Shown here: piece after piece, positions 1 to 9,722 of the stretch
Position numbering within the stretch: the stretch's first letter is position 1
How the letters are laid out: each line of letters opens with the position of its first letter
Assembly (NCBI GenBank): GCA_046539845.1
Contig: JBKHGE010000014.1
Span: 1-49,420, forward strand
Direction: 5' to 3'
From: Desulfonatronovibrionaceae bacterium
GTDB lineage: Bacteria > Desulfobacterota > Desulfovibrionia > Desulfovibrionales > Desulfonatronovibrionaceae
DNA: 49,420 nucleotides
Made by a program: the position numbers and the translations under genes
Notes under the pieces: generated by a model
Told to the model about the DNA's origin: nothing
The model's input: only the letters and a program-made list of their open reading frames with translations
Databases searched by the model: none

Positions 1-180
1 GACCGGTTTAATTATCCCGGCCCCTAGAGTTGGGCAACCAAACCCCGCCCGGGGCTCAGGAGTATCTGGTGCGGCGAAGTCCGGGGCCGAATTACGAGCA
101 AAGAAATGGTTTTCCGGGAGGCATCAAGGCCATAATCTGGATTGCTACGATCCGGTTGTGGCCTTGATGGCAAAGGTTGC

Positions 181-858
181 CTATCTGGCGATCATGGCCC
201 GCAAGGTGCCTGCGCACTGCTCGCAGCTCTTGGCCATAGTGTTCAGGCTATCCACAAAATGTATGAGCTGGTAGATGTCCTTGAAGTCCATATCAGAATT
301 ATAGATGTCGGATATGAGTTGCTGCTTGGACTTAAAGACCTTTTCCCGCAGCAGGCGTACGGCCCTGTATTTGTCCTTGCATCCTTCCCGGTCCAGGTGT
401 TCTCCGTGGACCAGCCCCACGGTCATTTTCAGGGCCGGACCTAGTTGGGCGGCCGCTTCGCTTACTTCCTCGAGCAGACTGATAAAGGCCCGCTGATAGG
501 TAGGTGGGATGTTGATCCGGCGCATCCCCAGCCAGCGCAGGGCTTCCTGGGCCTCATCCATTACATTGTCCTGCTGGGTAGTGTAGTTCAGAAACAGGGT
601 CTTGTCCACGGCCATGAACAGACTCTTGGGCAAGTGGTTACGTACCCGGCGCTTTATCTTGTCCGCTTGATTTTCTATTTTATCGATTTCCTGCTTGAGT
701 TCCTCAAATTCCCGACAAATGCCTGAACCGGAGACATAGCACTCCAGGGCCTCCTTAACGAGATCCAGGCATTTGGAGATTTGGTCATAGTGTTCTACCA
801 AGCCCTGCATGGGGGACTTGGGACTCAGCAGTCCGAAAAAAGGCATCCTCTTGAACAT
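181..858 (-). CDS. DUF47/TIGR00153 family phosphate transport regulator (PhoU-like)
   Basis: 225 aa helical protein with 'IENQADKIKRRVRNHLPKSLFMAVDK' and 'QQDNVMD' DUF47 motifs; 15 nt downstream of a PiT gene, the typical pairing. Confidence 0.9.
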   Translation of the reverse strand: MFKRMPFFGLLSPKSPMQGLVEHYDQISKCLDLVKEALECYVSGSGICREFEELKQEIDKIENQADKIKRRVRNHLPKSLFMAVDKTLFLNYTTQQDNVMDEAQEALRWLGMRRINIPPTYQRAFISLLEEVSEAAAQLGPALKMTVGLVHGEHLDREGCKDKYRAVRLLREKVFKSKQQLISDIYNSDMDFKDIYQLIHFVDSLNTMAKSCEQCAGTLRAMIAR

Positions 859-873
859 GATCTTTCCCTCTGT

Positions 874-2109
874 TTACAGTATTATGGCTTTCAATATATT
901 GAAAATCAGCAGGCTGGTAAAGGCGGCTATGGGTACGGTCAGGACCCAGTACATAAATATTTTCCCCAATACGCTGAAATCAACCGCCTTGAATCCCCGG
1001 GCCAGTCCCACCCCGGCCACTCCACCTACTGCGGCGTGGGTCGAGGAGACCGGAAGGCCCAGCTTGGAGGCCAACAGGATAGTGGTCGCTGCGCCAAAGT
1101 CAACGGAAAATCCCCGGGTATTGTTTAACTGGGTTATCCTCTCTCCGACCGTGGCCATTACCCGCGATCCGAATATGGTGATCCCCATGGAGATCCCCAG
1201 TCCGCCTAAAACAAGTATGGCAAGCGGTATCTCTGCCTCGGGGACAAAGACATGTTGTTTGGCTATGATATATACCGCCACCACCGGGCCGATGGCGTTG
1301 GCCACGTCGTTTGCACCGTGGGACAAGGCCACATAGCAAGAGGTTAAAAGCTGCATCCGTTTGAAGATATTTTCCACGCTGTCCACATTCTTTTCCCGGC
1401 CGGCCAGGATTTTGTGGACAATAAACCGTCCGCCCAGATAAATGCCCAGAAAAGCTGCCGCAGTGAGGATCAGGGGGACCCACCAGCGGAGGTCAAGTTC
1501 TTTGCCCGTAGGAGTTTTGTACAAAAAAGACAGTATGACCAAACTGAAGGTGAGGGCTACCCAGATCGGTGCCCATTTCTTGGTCTGGTGGATGAATCTT
1601 TTTTGGTTCAGGATTGTATTTTTTATATGTGTAAAAATAAGAAAGGAGAGGGTGGCTGCGAAAAATGGAGAGATAATCCAGGACAAAACCACCCCCCCCA
1701 GGATGATCCAGTTTACCGTGCCGATTCCCCCGGCTGCCAGGCCGAATCCGAGCATACTGCCGACAATGGAATGGGTGGAGGAGATCGGCAGGGCGGTCAG
1801 GGTGGCTATAAATACCCACAACCCGGCTGCAAGCAGGGAGGAAAACATACCCAGCATGATGATTTTGGGATCAGCGATCATCTCCGGATTGATAATCCCT
1901 TTGCTGATGGTCGCGGTAACGTGGGAGCCCAGAAAAACCGCACCCACAAAACTAAGAGACCCGGCGATGTACACGGCCTGTTTAACGGTAATCGCCCTGG
2001 CCCCGACCGCGGAGGCCATGGAGTTGGCCACATCGTTCCCGCCCAGATTAAAGGCCATGAAAAAGCCAAGGATCATGGACAGGTATAAAAAGATATCAAA
2101 GATGGTCAT
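874..2109 (-). CDS. PiT family inorganic phosphate transporter
   Basis: Two PiT signatures 'GGNDVANSM' and 'HGANDVANAIGP', 'LPISSTH'/'LPVSSTH', multiple TM segments; AGGAG RBS. Confidence 0.95.
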   Translation of the reverse strand: MTIFDIFLYLSMILGFFMAFNLGGNDVANSMASAVGARAITVKQAVYIAGSLSFVGAVFLGSHVTATISKGIINPEMIADPKIIMLGMFSSLLAAGLWVFIATLTALPISSTHSIVGSMLGFGLAAGGIGTVNWIILGGVVLSWIISPFFAATLSFLIFTHIKNTILNQKRFIHQTKKWAPIWVALTFSLVILSFLYKTPTGKELDLRWWVPLILTAAAFLGIYLGGRFIVHKILAGREKNVDSVENIFKRMQLLTSCYVALSHGANDVANAIGPVVAVYIIAKQHVFVPEAEIPLAILVLGGLGISMGITIFGSRVMATVGERITQLNNTRGFSVDFGAATTILLASKLGLPVSSTHAAVGGVAGVGLARGFKAVDFSVLGKIFMYWVLTVPIAAFTSLLIFNILKAIIL

Positions 2110-2422
2110 TTCATCTCCTGGAAGGCGGTCTGTCTAAGACGGCCCTGCTTGAACGAGGTCGAAAACACCCGAGTTCATAACGGAAATCCATAGGTTCTGG
2201 AAAATTGTGATATATTTTTGTCTCCATGAGTTTGATCGGCTAATTGGACATAAATCAATAATTCAGAGTAGTTATATTCGATATGGAGCAATGTAGATCT
2301 CTAGCACAGCCTGCGGCAAATTTCTAGGGGGCAGAAGGGGGATATATTGCGGGCAGAGGAAATTAAGGCTAGACCCCGGGCTGTGGGAGGAGCAATACCC
2401 GCGGACATAAAAGGAGCGTGTT

Positions 2423-3028
2423 TTGGGAATAGAAAAGGAGATCAAGTTCAGATGCGCGGATATCTTGGAGACTGAACACCGTATTGCAGCTGCCGGTGGA
2501 AAAGCCCTGGGCCCATGGTATTTCGAGAGAAACCTGCTTTTGGACACCGAAGACAAAAGGCTTGCCGGCCAAAAATGTCTCCTTCGGCTGCGGAGCAAAG
2601 AAAAGAGCAGCAAGCTGACATTCAAGGCCCCCCAGAACCCGCACCGGCAAGGATCAGCCTTCAAGGTTATGCAGGAGCTGGAAACCGGGATCAGTGATCC
2701 CGTGGCCTTGACCAGGATATTTGACTGTCTGGGGTTTCATCCCTGCATGCGCTATGAAAAATTCCGCAAGAAGTGGGGGCTTTTTTCGGCCGTGATCTGT
2801 CTGGATATTCTTCCTTTTGGCAGCTTTATGGAGCTTGAGGGCCAGGAAGATGCTCTGTTGGCCTGTATACGGGGGCTGAACCTTGATCCCGGGTCCGGCT
2901 CGGACAGGACTTATTATGATCTTTTCCGGGAATCAAAGGAATACCGCGGTCATCCGGATTTTGTCTTTGATATGGAGCATAGGGCGAATATCGCCCGGGA
3001 ACTAGGAGTCAATTCACAAGTCAGCTAA
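2423..3028 (+). CDS. CYTH-domain protein (class IV adenylate cyclase CyaB-like / triphosphate tunnel metalloenzyme)
   Basis: N-terminal ExExK ('EKEIKF'), 'LLRLR', 'LTFK', 'ELET', 'YEKFR', 'FMELEG'; TTG start after AAGGAG. Confidence 0.85.
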   Translation: MGIEKEIKFRCADILETEHRIAAAGGKALGPWYFERNLLLDTEDKRLAGQKCLLRLRSKEKSSKLTFKAPQNPHRQGSAFKVMQELETGISDPVALTRIFDCLGFHPCMRYEKFRKKWGLFSAVICLDILPFGSFMELEGQEDALLACIRGLNLDPGSGSDRTYYDLFRESKEYRGHPDFVFDMEHRANIARELGVNSQVS

Positions 3029-3042
3029 AAGGGGAAGCAGAT

Positions 3043-4257
3043 ATGTTTTCTGAAGAACAACTGGAGAAATATAGTCAGGTGATGATTTGGGGCATGAAAA
3101 AGGCCAGGGGCAAACCGTTTCAAGCCGGGGATTTTATCCTCTTGCGCACTGGCATGGCCGGATTGCCCCTGGCTCAGGCCATATACAAACATCTTCTGCG
3201 TTCCGGCATGGTTCCGGTGGTCCGTATGCTCCCCCCGGAAGGCATGGAAAAAGACTTTTTTGCCCTTGCAGGAATGGAGCAGGTCCAGGCCACAATCCCC
3301 GGAGACCAGGAATTGTATTCTAGCCTGGCCGGGGCTGTTTCTGTTCTGGCCCCGGAGGAGCTTACCCATCTGCAACAGGCGGATGCGCAGAAGATAGCCG
3401 CCTTCAGCTCGAGCCGGAAGTATCTCCGGGATATTTTGAATCAGCGCGAGGCCAAGGGGGAATTCGGCTGGACCTTGTGCCTGTATCCCACCTCGGCCTT
3501 GGCCGGACATGCGGGCATGAGCCCGGAGGAGTACAGCCGGGAGATAGCCAGGGCTGTGTATTTGGACAGGCATGATCCGGCCTTTGTCTGGGAAGGCATA
3601 TTTGATATGTCCACCCGGATCAAACGCTGGCTTTCTGGAATGGATATTAAATCCCTGCATGTCCGTTCGGAAAATATCGATCTCGAGATCACGCCCGGGG
3701 AAAAAAGGGACTGGCTCGGGCTGTCCGGACACAACATCCCTAGCTTTGAGATATTTATATCCCCGGATTGGCGGGGGACAAACGGGACATACTATGCGGA
3801 CCAGCCTTCTTTTAAAAACGGCAATATAGTCAAAGGGGTCAGGCTGAAGTTCAAGGATGGGGAGGTTACGGATATCCGGGCCGACCAGGGCCGGGATTTT
3901 GTCCGCAAACAGGTGGGAATGGATGCCGGGGCCGGCCGCATTGGCGAGTTCTCGCTTACCGACAGACGCATGTCCCGAATCGGTCGGTTCATGGCCCATA
4001 CCCTGTTTGACGAGAACTTCGGTGGTGAATTCGGGAATTGTCATTTGGCCCTGGGTGCGGCCTATCCCGAGTCCTACAGCGGGGATGTGTCCGCCTTGGA
4101 TGCCGGGAAAAAGGCTGAGTTGGGCCTGAATGATTCAGCCTTGCACTGGGATTTGGTGAATACGGAAGATAAGACGGTGCATGCCCGCCTAGCTGACGGC
4201 CGGGAGGTGCTTGTTTATGCGCACGGGGAGTTTCAGCTCGGAGACTTGGGGGGCTGA
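3043..4257 (+). CDS. M29 family aminopeptidase (AmpS/PepS-like metalloprotease)
   Basis: 'NIPSFEIF', 'RIGEFSL', 'TLFDEN', 'CHLALGAAY', 'NDSALHWD' M29 motifs. Confidence 0.92.
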   Translation: MFSEEQLEKYSQVMIWGMKKARGKPFQAGDFILLRTGMAGLPLAQAIYKHLLRSGMVPVVRMLPPEGMEKDFFALAGMEQVQATIPGDQELYSSLAGAVSVLAPEELTHLQQADAQKIAAFSSSRKYLRDILNQREAKGEFGWTLCLYPTSALAGHAGMSPEEYSREIARAVYLDRHDPAFVWEGIFDMSTRIKRWLSGMDIKSLHVRSENIDLEITPGEKRDWLGLSGHNIPSFEIFISPDWRGTNGTYYADQPSFKNGNIVKGVRLKFKDGEVTDIRADQGRDFVRKQVGMDAGAGRIGEFSLTDRRMSRIGRFMAHTLFDENFGGEFGNCHLALGAAYPESYSGDVSALDAGKKAELGLNDSALHWDLVNTEDKTVHARLADGREVLVYAHGEFQLGDLGG

Positions 4258-4266
4258 AGGGGGCAT

Positions 4267-4297
4267 GGGAGGAGCAAAGTAAATCCTCGCTCCTCCC
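4267..4297. terminator. Hairpin between convergent aminopeptidase and acylphosphatase genes
   Basis: GGGAGGAGC (4267-4275) / GCTCCTCCC (4289-4297) perfect 9-bp inverted repeat; no strong U-tract. Confidence 0.5.
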
Positions 4298-4313
4298 CAG
4301 TATACTGGATCAA

Positions 4314-4586
4314 CTATCCGCGGATTTCAAAGCTGGAGAATTGTTTGTCGTAATCTATTTGCTCGCATTTGACATCTTCCACCCGGCTAAAAGGAGAGCC
4401 CTGCAGGAGGCGTTTTTTCAGCTCGGACAGACCGGCTTCATCTCCCTGGGCTATTATCTCCACCTTGTTGTCCTCCAAGTTCCGCACCCAGCCGGTTATA
4501 TTCAGGCTGCTGGCCTGATCAAATGTCCAAGCCCGGAAATTAACGCCCTGGACTTTTCCGCTGACTATGCAGTGCATGCTCTTCAT
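4314..4586 (-). CDS. acyP: Acylphosphatase
   Basis: 'VSGKVQGVNFR' and 'GWVRN' signature, 90 aa; AAGGAGG RBS. Confidence 0.95.
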   Translation of the reverse strand: MKSMHCIVSGKVQGVNFRAWTFDQASSLNITGWVRNLEDNKVEIIAQGDEAGLSELKKRLLQGSPFSRVEDVKCEQIDYDKQFSSFEIRG

Positions 4587-4799
4587 ACCTTTTCTGCCTC
4601 CTTAAAATTTTTGGTTCCTAAAAAATGTCCACTGCCTGTCCGGGGAGTGCATCCCGCCCCAATCGCTGTCAGACAGGGGGAGGGTTGGAAAATGGTTCCC
4701 CGATGTTTGCTGTAATTTTCCCTGGTATTTTGCCGGATATCTTGTGTTATTTCCCTTGAACCGCAGTGCTCACAGATTGCGAGGCAAAAAGACCGTTAT

Positions 4800-5486
4800 T
4801 CAGATAATTGCCTGATCCTGGAAGCTGAAGTAGTTGTCCTCGGCAACAATTACATGATCCAAAACCCTTAAATTCAGTCCCTCCGAGATTTGTTTGACTT
4901 TTTTGGTCAACTCAATGTCCTGTGTGGAGGGTTGAGGATCCCCTCCGGGATGGTTATGGGCCAGGATGAGGCCCCCTGCCTCCAGAGCCAAGGCCCGGGA
5001 TATAATTGTCCGCGGATAGACCGTGGCTTGGTCCACGGTGCCCCTGCTGACCCTTTCAAAAGACAAGAGCCGGTTTTTATTGTCCACCAGGATGACCCAG
5101 AATTCTTCGCTGCGCAGGAAATTTATCCGCGATCTGGCTAAGCGGGCTACTTTCTCCGGAGAGTCCAGGGTCTCTTTTGGGGGCAGACCGGACTGTTCGC
5201 TCCGGGTCCAGAATTCCCGCCACAGGATCCAGAAGGTGCTTATTCCCTTTCCTATCCCCGGAATTTTTTTCAGATCGTTTCCGGAGGCTGCCAACGCCCC
5301 GCGTAGCGAACCGAATTCATTGAGTATCGCCTTGGCCTGAGGCTTGGTATCCCTGCGTGGCATTGCATAGCCGAGGATGAGTTCAAGGATCTCATAATCG
5401 TCCAGCGATTCCGGGTTGTCAACCAGCTTTTTCTTGAGCCTTTTGCGGTGACCCAGATAGTGTTTGTCCTTGTTATTTTCAGCCAT
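4800..5486 (-). CDS. radC: RadC family JAB/MPN-domain protein
   Basis: 'GHRKRL', 'LDDYEILELIL', HhH 'IPGIG', JAB 'AHNHPGGDPQPSTQD', 'VLDHVIV'. Confidence 0.93.
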   Translation of the reverse strand: MAENNKDKHYLGHRKRLKKKLVDNPESLDDYEILELILGYAMPRRDTKPQAKAILNEFGSLRGALAASGNDLKKIPGIGKGISTFWILWREFWTRSEQSGLPPKETLDSPEKVARLARSRINFLRSEEFWVILVDNKNRLLSFERVSRGTVDQATVYPRTIISRALALEAGGLILAHNHPGGDPQPSTQDIELTKKVKQISEGLNLRVLDHVIVAEDNYFSFQDQAII

Positions 5487-5504
5487 GACAGAATATTTCC
5501 TGGA

Positions 5505-6530
5505 TCAATTATTCGGGAGTTGTCCTTTTGCCAATTGTCTCCCGGCTGGTTTTTTCCCTGGGGAAAATATGTCCTGGATCCCGGAGACCAAATATTCCAA
5601 AGCCTGTGTGCTATCCAGGCGGCCGGTTTTTATTCTCAGTTCTGTCTCCAGGACGCGTTCCCATAGGGCGATCAGGTGTTGCGTTCGCATGCTGGCAGCC
5701 AGGTCTTTCTTCTTTTTCAAGACAAATCCCGGAAGAGTGACTTGGCTTTCCTGCCCGGTGCGAAGCTGCCATAAGATTCTGGTTTCTCGGGCCAAAAGCC
5801 CGATCAAAGGGAAAACGAAATCTGAATCTTTTTCATTTTCCACCAGGATCTTATCCCATGCCTCGGCTGTCTTTCCTTGCTGTATAAACTGGAGACAGGC
5901 AAAGATATCCAGTTCTGCATGGGAGTTGAGCGGTGTTAATTCTTCCGGGGTGATTTTTTGGCTTTTGTTTACGTATAATTCCAGTTTTTCCAGCTCCCGG
6001 TCTAGAGTGGACCTGTCAAATGGAGCGATCTCGACCAGAAGCCTGGATGCTTCCGGGGTGAATTCCAGATCCCGTTTTTGGGCCCAGTCTTTTAGGTACC
6101 CGGGCAGGGTCTTCCGGGTCAGGCCCGGGTGCTCCCAGATCCATTTTCTGTCCCTGGCTACCTCCCAGAATTTGCGGTTGGTTATGGTTTTGGGCAGCGT
6201 GGGCTTGTTTTGTTTTGTCCACGCTTTTTCCAGGCAGAATATTGGCCATATCCCTTTTTTGAATCCGGTGAGATGCTTGTCCACAGCCTTCCAAAATGTG
6301 TCCGGCATATTGTCTGCGCAGCGCAGAACGACCGCCCGATTCCGGCCGAGGATGTCCGGTTGGGACAGGACAGACCAGTATCTCTCCGGGACTTCGGACT
6401 CGTCCCCCCAAAAGGTTTCCTGTTCCCAGTCCTGACCATGTTTTTCCCCCCGGCCGAGGCTTTCCCGGATATAGTCCAGAATAAAGCCAGGATCCGGGCA
6501 GATGCAGAATAGAAATCCGGGTCTTTTCAT
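5505..6530 (-). CDS. holA: DNA polymerase III delta subunit (divergent HolA)
   Basis: 341 aa, 'ELEKLELY', C-terminal 'ELRIKTGRLDSTQALE'; upstream of radC. Confidence 0.75.
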   Translation of the reverse strand: MKRPGFLFCICPDPGFILDYIRESLGRGEKHGQDWEQETFWGDESEVPERYWSVLSQPDILGRNRAVVLRCADNMPDTFWKAVDKHLTGFKKGIWPIFCLEKAWTKQNKPTLPKTITNRKFWEVARDRKWIWEHPGLTRKTLPGYLKDWAQKRDLEFTPEASRLLVEIAPFDRSTLDRELEKLELYVNKSQKITPEELTPLNSHAELDIFACLQFIQQGKTAEAWDKILVENEKDSDFVFPLIGLLARETRILWQLRTGQESQVTLPGFVLKKKKDLAASMRTQHLIALWERVLETELRIKTGRLDSTQALEYLVSGIQDIFSPGKKPAGRQLAKGQLPNN

Positions 6531-6580
6531 AAAGCCGGGTCGTTGAAGCCGGGCGTGTTATCCGGGTTTTCCAGTAGCAT
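6527..6580 (-). CDS. Candidate 17-aa upstream ORF MLLENPDNTPGFNDPAL coupled to holA
   Basis: ATG at 6580 preceded by GAGAAAGGA; its TGA overlaps the holA ATG (ATGA); below the ORF-track length cutoff. Confidence 0.35.
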   Translation of the reverse strand: MLLENPDNTPGFNDPAL

Positions 6581-6653
6581 AGCGTCCTTTCTCTTTTAAT
6601 CCAGGTTATTAAAATTGTTTCCCGGGTGCAAGGAGGGTCTTTTGGGGCAGTTG

Positions 6654-9600
6654 TTAACCGCGTTCACTTAGACTCTTCGGATTGAAACCCCTGAAGTCGG
6701 CTTGATAAAAAATGGAGTATAGTACCGGGCACAGGCCCAGAGTGAGCAGAGTGGCTACGGCCAGGCCGGAGATGATGCAGTTGGCCATAGGCCGCCACAG
6801 TTCACCACCCTGAAGGGATAAGGGGATCATACCCATGACAGTGGTGATTGCGGTCATCAGGATAGGCCGGGTCCTTTTAAGTGCCGCGTTGACAATGGCC
6901 CGCTCAGTGGATACCCCGGCCGTACGCTCCAGATCGATCTGATTTATAAGGATGATGGCATTGTTCACGATTATGCCCAAAAGGCTTATTAGCCCGAGCA
7001 TGGCCATGAATCCGAACGGAGAATTGGTCATGATCATTCCCGGAGTGATCCCGCACATCATGGGCGGAAGGGTCAAAAGGATGATAAGCGGCTTGTATAC
7101 GGAATTGAATTGTAAAACCAGTATCAAAAGCAGGATTCCCAGGGCCAGGGGCATGTTCAGCATTATGGATGCCCTGGCCTCGGAACTCTTTTCAAATTCC
7201 CCGCCGAATTCAATGGAATAGCCCTGCGGCCAGTCCGACTCCGCGGTCATCTCCCAGATGGCCGGCCGGATATCTTCCAGGACCTGGGAGGCGAAGCGGC
7301 CGGATATGTCTGCTTTCACGGTCATGGTCCGGGTTTGATCCCGACGTCGGATATTCGAGGGCTGCCAAGTGAGCTCCGGATCTGCGACCTGTAAAAGGGG
7401 CACCGCGTGGCCCCTGCCCTCCGGATACACGTTCAGACCGCTGATTTTGTCCGCATTGGTCCTAAATCGGTCCTGGGAGCGGACCACTATGGGGATGCTT
7501 TCGTCGTCCACACGCAGATCCGAGGCGGTTATCCCGCCCATCTGCAGCTGAACGGAGCGGGCCACGTCCCGGGTGGAGAGACCGATACGCCTGGCCTTGT
7601 TCTGATCCAGGTCCAGGACCAGTTTTTTGGTCCACTCTCCCCAATCGTCCCAGATCGAGATCACTCCCGGTGTATCCTTCAGGACCCCGGTCACTTTGTC
7701 CCGGATGGAATACAGCCTGCGGATATCGTCCCCGGAGATGCGTACCTGGATCGGCGTGCCGGTTGGCGGGCCGTACATCAGTCTTTTGAGCGTATATCTG
7801 GTATCAGGGAAATTATGATCCAGTTCTTTTTTGCATTTGGCCAGTAAAGGATCCACCTTGTCCCGATCTTTGGTCTTTACCGCCAGCGAGGCATAACTGG
7901 TGTTGGCTTCTTCAATATTCAGCGGCAGATACCAGCGCGGGCCTCCGGTGCCGATAAAGCTGGAAACAGACACGGTTTCCGGCTGGTCTAAGAGGAATTT
8001 CTCCAGCCGGGCGGCCCTTTTTTCCGTGATCCGAATGTCTGTTCCGTAGGGCTGCCAAAAGTCAATGGTGAACTGATCGCGTTCATTGGGAGGGAAGAAC
8101 ATGCGGGGGACGAACTGGAACCCCCAGAATGCGGTTGCAGTCAAAGCGGCAGTCAAGAGCAAAAAAATCGTTCGGTGTCGCAAAATAAAGACCAGTGTCT
8201 GGGCATATCCCCGGAATCCGGAAGAGCGGGTTTTGTCTTTTCTTTTTGGTTTGAGTATCCGCGAGCAGAGCAAGGGGACCAAAGTCTGGCAGTAGACCCA
8301 GGAGCTAAGAAGGGTGAGAGAAACCACTATGGCCAAAGAGGTGGTGTATTCCCCGGTAATGGAAGGGGCCAGTGGGATGGGCAGAAAGACAGCAATAGTG
8401 GTAAGGGACGCGGCCAGCAGGGGAAAGCGTAGCCTGAGTGCAGCCCTCCGGGCGGCAGTCTCCCTGTCAACCCCGCGGTTTATGCGTACCAGGATGTCCT
8501 CGCTGACTACCACCCCGTTGTCTACCAGTATGCCCAGGGCCAGGATAAGCGAGGCTATGGACATGGTTTGCAGTGCGGTACTGAATACCGGCAAAAGGGC
8601 AATACAGGTCAAAACGGCCATGGGTATGAGCACCCCAGCGGCCAGTCCTACCCGCAGTCCGGCCATGATAAACATCACAATGACCACAAAGCTGAAGGCC
8701 TCGATTAAGTTGATGCTGAAGTCTCGGATGGAGTCCCGGACATATTCCGGCTGCAAAGAGGCGATTTGATAATCTATCTCCAGTGGGCTTTTTTCTTCTA
8801 CCCTGTGGATGGTCTTTTGCACTTGCCGGCCGAATTCCAGGATGTTTCCCCCCCGGGCCATGTTGACGGCTAAAAATACAGCCCGCTCAGAGTTGAATCT
8901 GGCGATTTTTTGGGGTGGATCGCGGTAGCCGGGGACTACGTCCGCGAGCTGGTCCAGGGGCAGGGCGCTTCCCCGGCCGGGCAGGTGCAGGGAGATGTCT
9001 TTTATGTCCGCAATACTGGAGAATTCCCCGCTGGTCTCTATATTCAGGTATTCCGGTCCGATTAATACGTGTCCGCTGGGAGTGACCGTATTTTGGTCGC
9101 TTATGGCTTGGACTAAAGACAGGGGACTTAAATCGTATTCAGCAAACCCGGAATTGGGGAACTGGACGAAGACGCGCTCTTTTTGTTCCCCCCACAGCTC
9201 CACCTTGCCCGCGTGGGGCAGTTTTTTTATCTCGTCGCGCAGAAATTCGGCCCGGTCTTTTATTTCCCTCAGAGGGGTCCCGTCTCCGCTTACCGCCACC
9301 AGAATGCCGTAAACTTTGCCGTATTCGTCGTTTACGATCGGCTTTTGCGTTTCCTCGGGCAGATCGGACTGGGCGTCTTCCACCTTGTTTCTGAGTCTTT
9401 GCCATACCGGGGTCATGTCCTGGATATGTTCCCGGAAATCGATGCTTAGCACAGAGACATCAGCCATGGACTGGGATTCGATGTGCTTTACCTCGGCCAT
9501 CTCCCGGATCCTTTCCTCCAGCTTGTCCGTTACCAGGTGCTCCACGCGTTTGGGAGATGCGCCGGGGAAATAGGTGACTACTGTGGCCGTGCGGATGGTG

Positions 9601-9722
9601 AATTTGGGATTTTCCTGCTTGGGTATGGTTGCCCAGGTCCATACCCCGAAGGCGGCAACTATGAGGAAGATAAGAGTAGCTGAGACCTTGTTCTCAAGGC
9701 ACCATGCAGCCGGATTGAACAT
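6654..9722 (-). CDS. RND efflux transporter permease (AcrB/AcrD/AcrF family)
   Basis: 1022 aa, 'FPGASPKRVE', 'GILVDNGVVVSE', 'RTRPILMTAITT', RND two-repeat architecture. Confidence 0.93.
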   Translation of the reverse strand: MFNPAAWCLENKVSATLIFLIVAAFGVWTWATIPKQENPKFTIRTATVVTYFPGASPKRVEHLVTDKLEERIREMAEVKHIESQSMADVSVLSIDFREHIQDMTPVWQRLRNKVEDAQSDLPEETQKPIVNDEYGKVYGILVAVSGDGTPLREIKDRAEFLRDEIKKLPHAGKVELWGEQKERVFVQFPNSGFAEYDLSPLSLVQAISDQNTVTPSGHVLIGPEYLNIETSGEFSSIADIKDISLHLPGRGSALPLDQLADVVPGYRDPPQKIARFNSERAVFLAVNMARGGNILEFGRQVQKTIHRVEEKSPLEIDYQIASLQPEYVRDSIRDFSINLIEAFSFVVIVMFIMAGLRVGLAAGVLIPMAVLTCIALLPVFSTALQTMSIASLILALGILVDNGVVVSEDILVRINRGVDRETAARRAALRLRFPLLAASLTTIAVFLPIPLAPSITGEYTTSLAIVVSLTLLSSWVYCQTLVPLLCSRILKPKRKDKTRSSGFRGYAQTLVFILRHRTIFLLLTAALTATAFWGFQFVPRMFFPPNERDQFTIDFWQPYGTDIRITEKRAARLEKFLLDQPETVSVSSFIGTGGPRWYLPLNIEEANTSYASLAVKTKDRDKVDPLLAKCKKELDHNFPDTRYTLKRLMYGPPTGTPIQVRISGDDIRRLYSIRDKVTGVLKDTPGVISIWDDWGEWTKKLVLDLDQNKARRIGLSTRDVARSVQLQMGGITASDLRVDDESIPIVVRSQDRFRTNADKISGLNVYPEGRGHAVPLLQVADPELTWQPSNIRRRDQTRTMTVKADISGRFASQVLEDIRPAIWEMTAESDWPQGYSIEFGGEFEKSSEARASIMLNMPLALGILLLILVLQFNSVYKPLIILLTLPPMMCGITPGMIMTNSPFGFMAMLGLISLLGIIVNNAIILINQIDLERTAGVSTERAIVNAALKRTRPILMTAITTVMGMIPLSLQGGELWRPMANCIISGLAVATLLTLGLCPVLYSIFYQADFRGFNPKSLSERG

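Noticed and set aside
2384..4277. 12-bp direct repeat TGGGAGGAGCAA (2384-2395 and 4266-4277) flanking the CYTH-aminopeptidase pair
   Set aside because: No mobility gene; the motif is SD-like, and the second copy is explained as a hairpin arm, so chance is plausible
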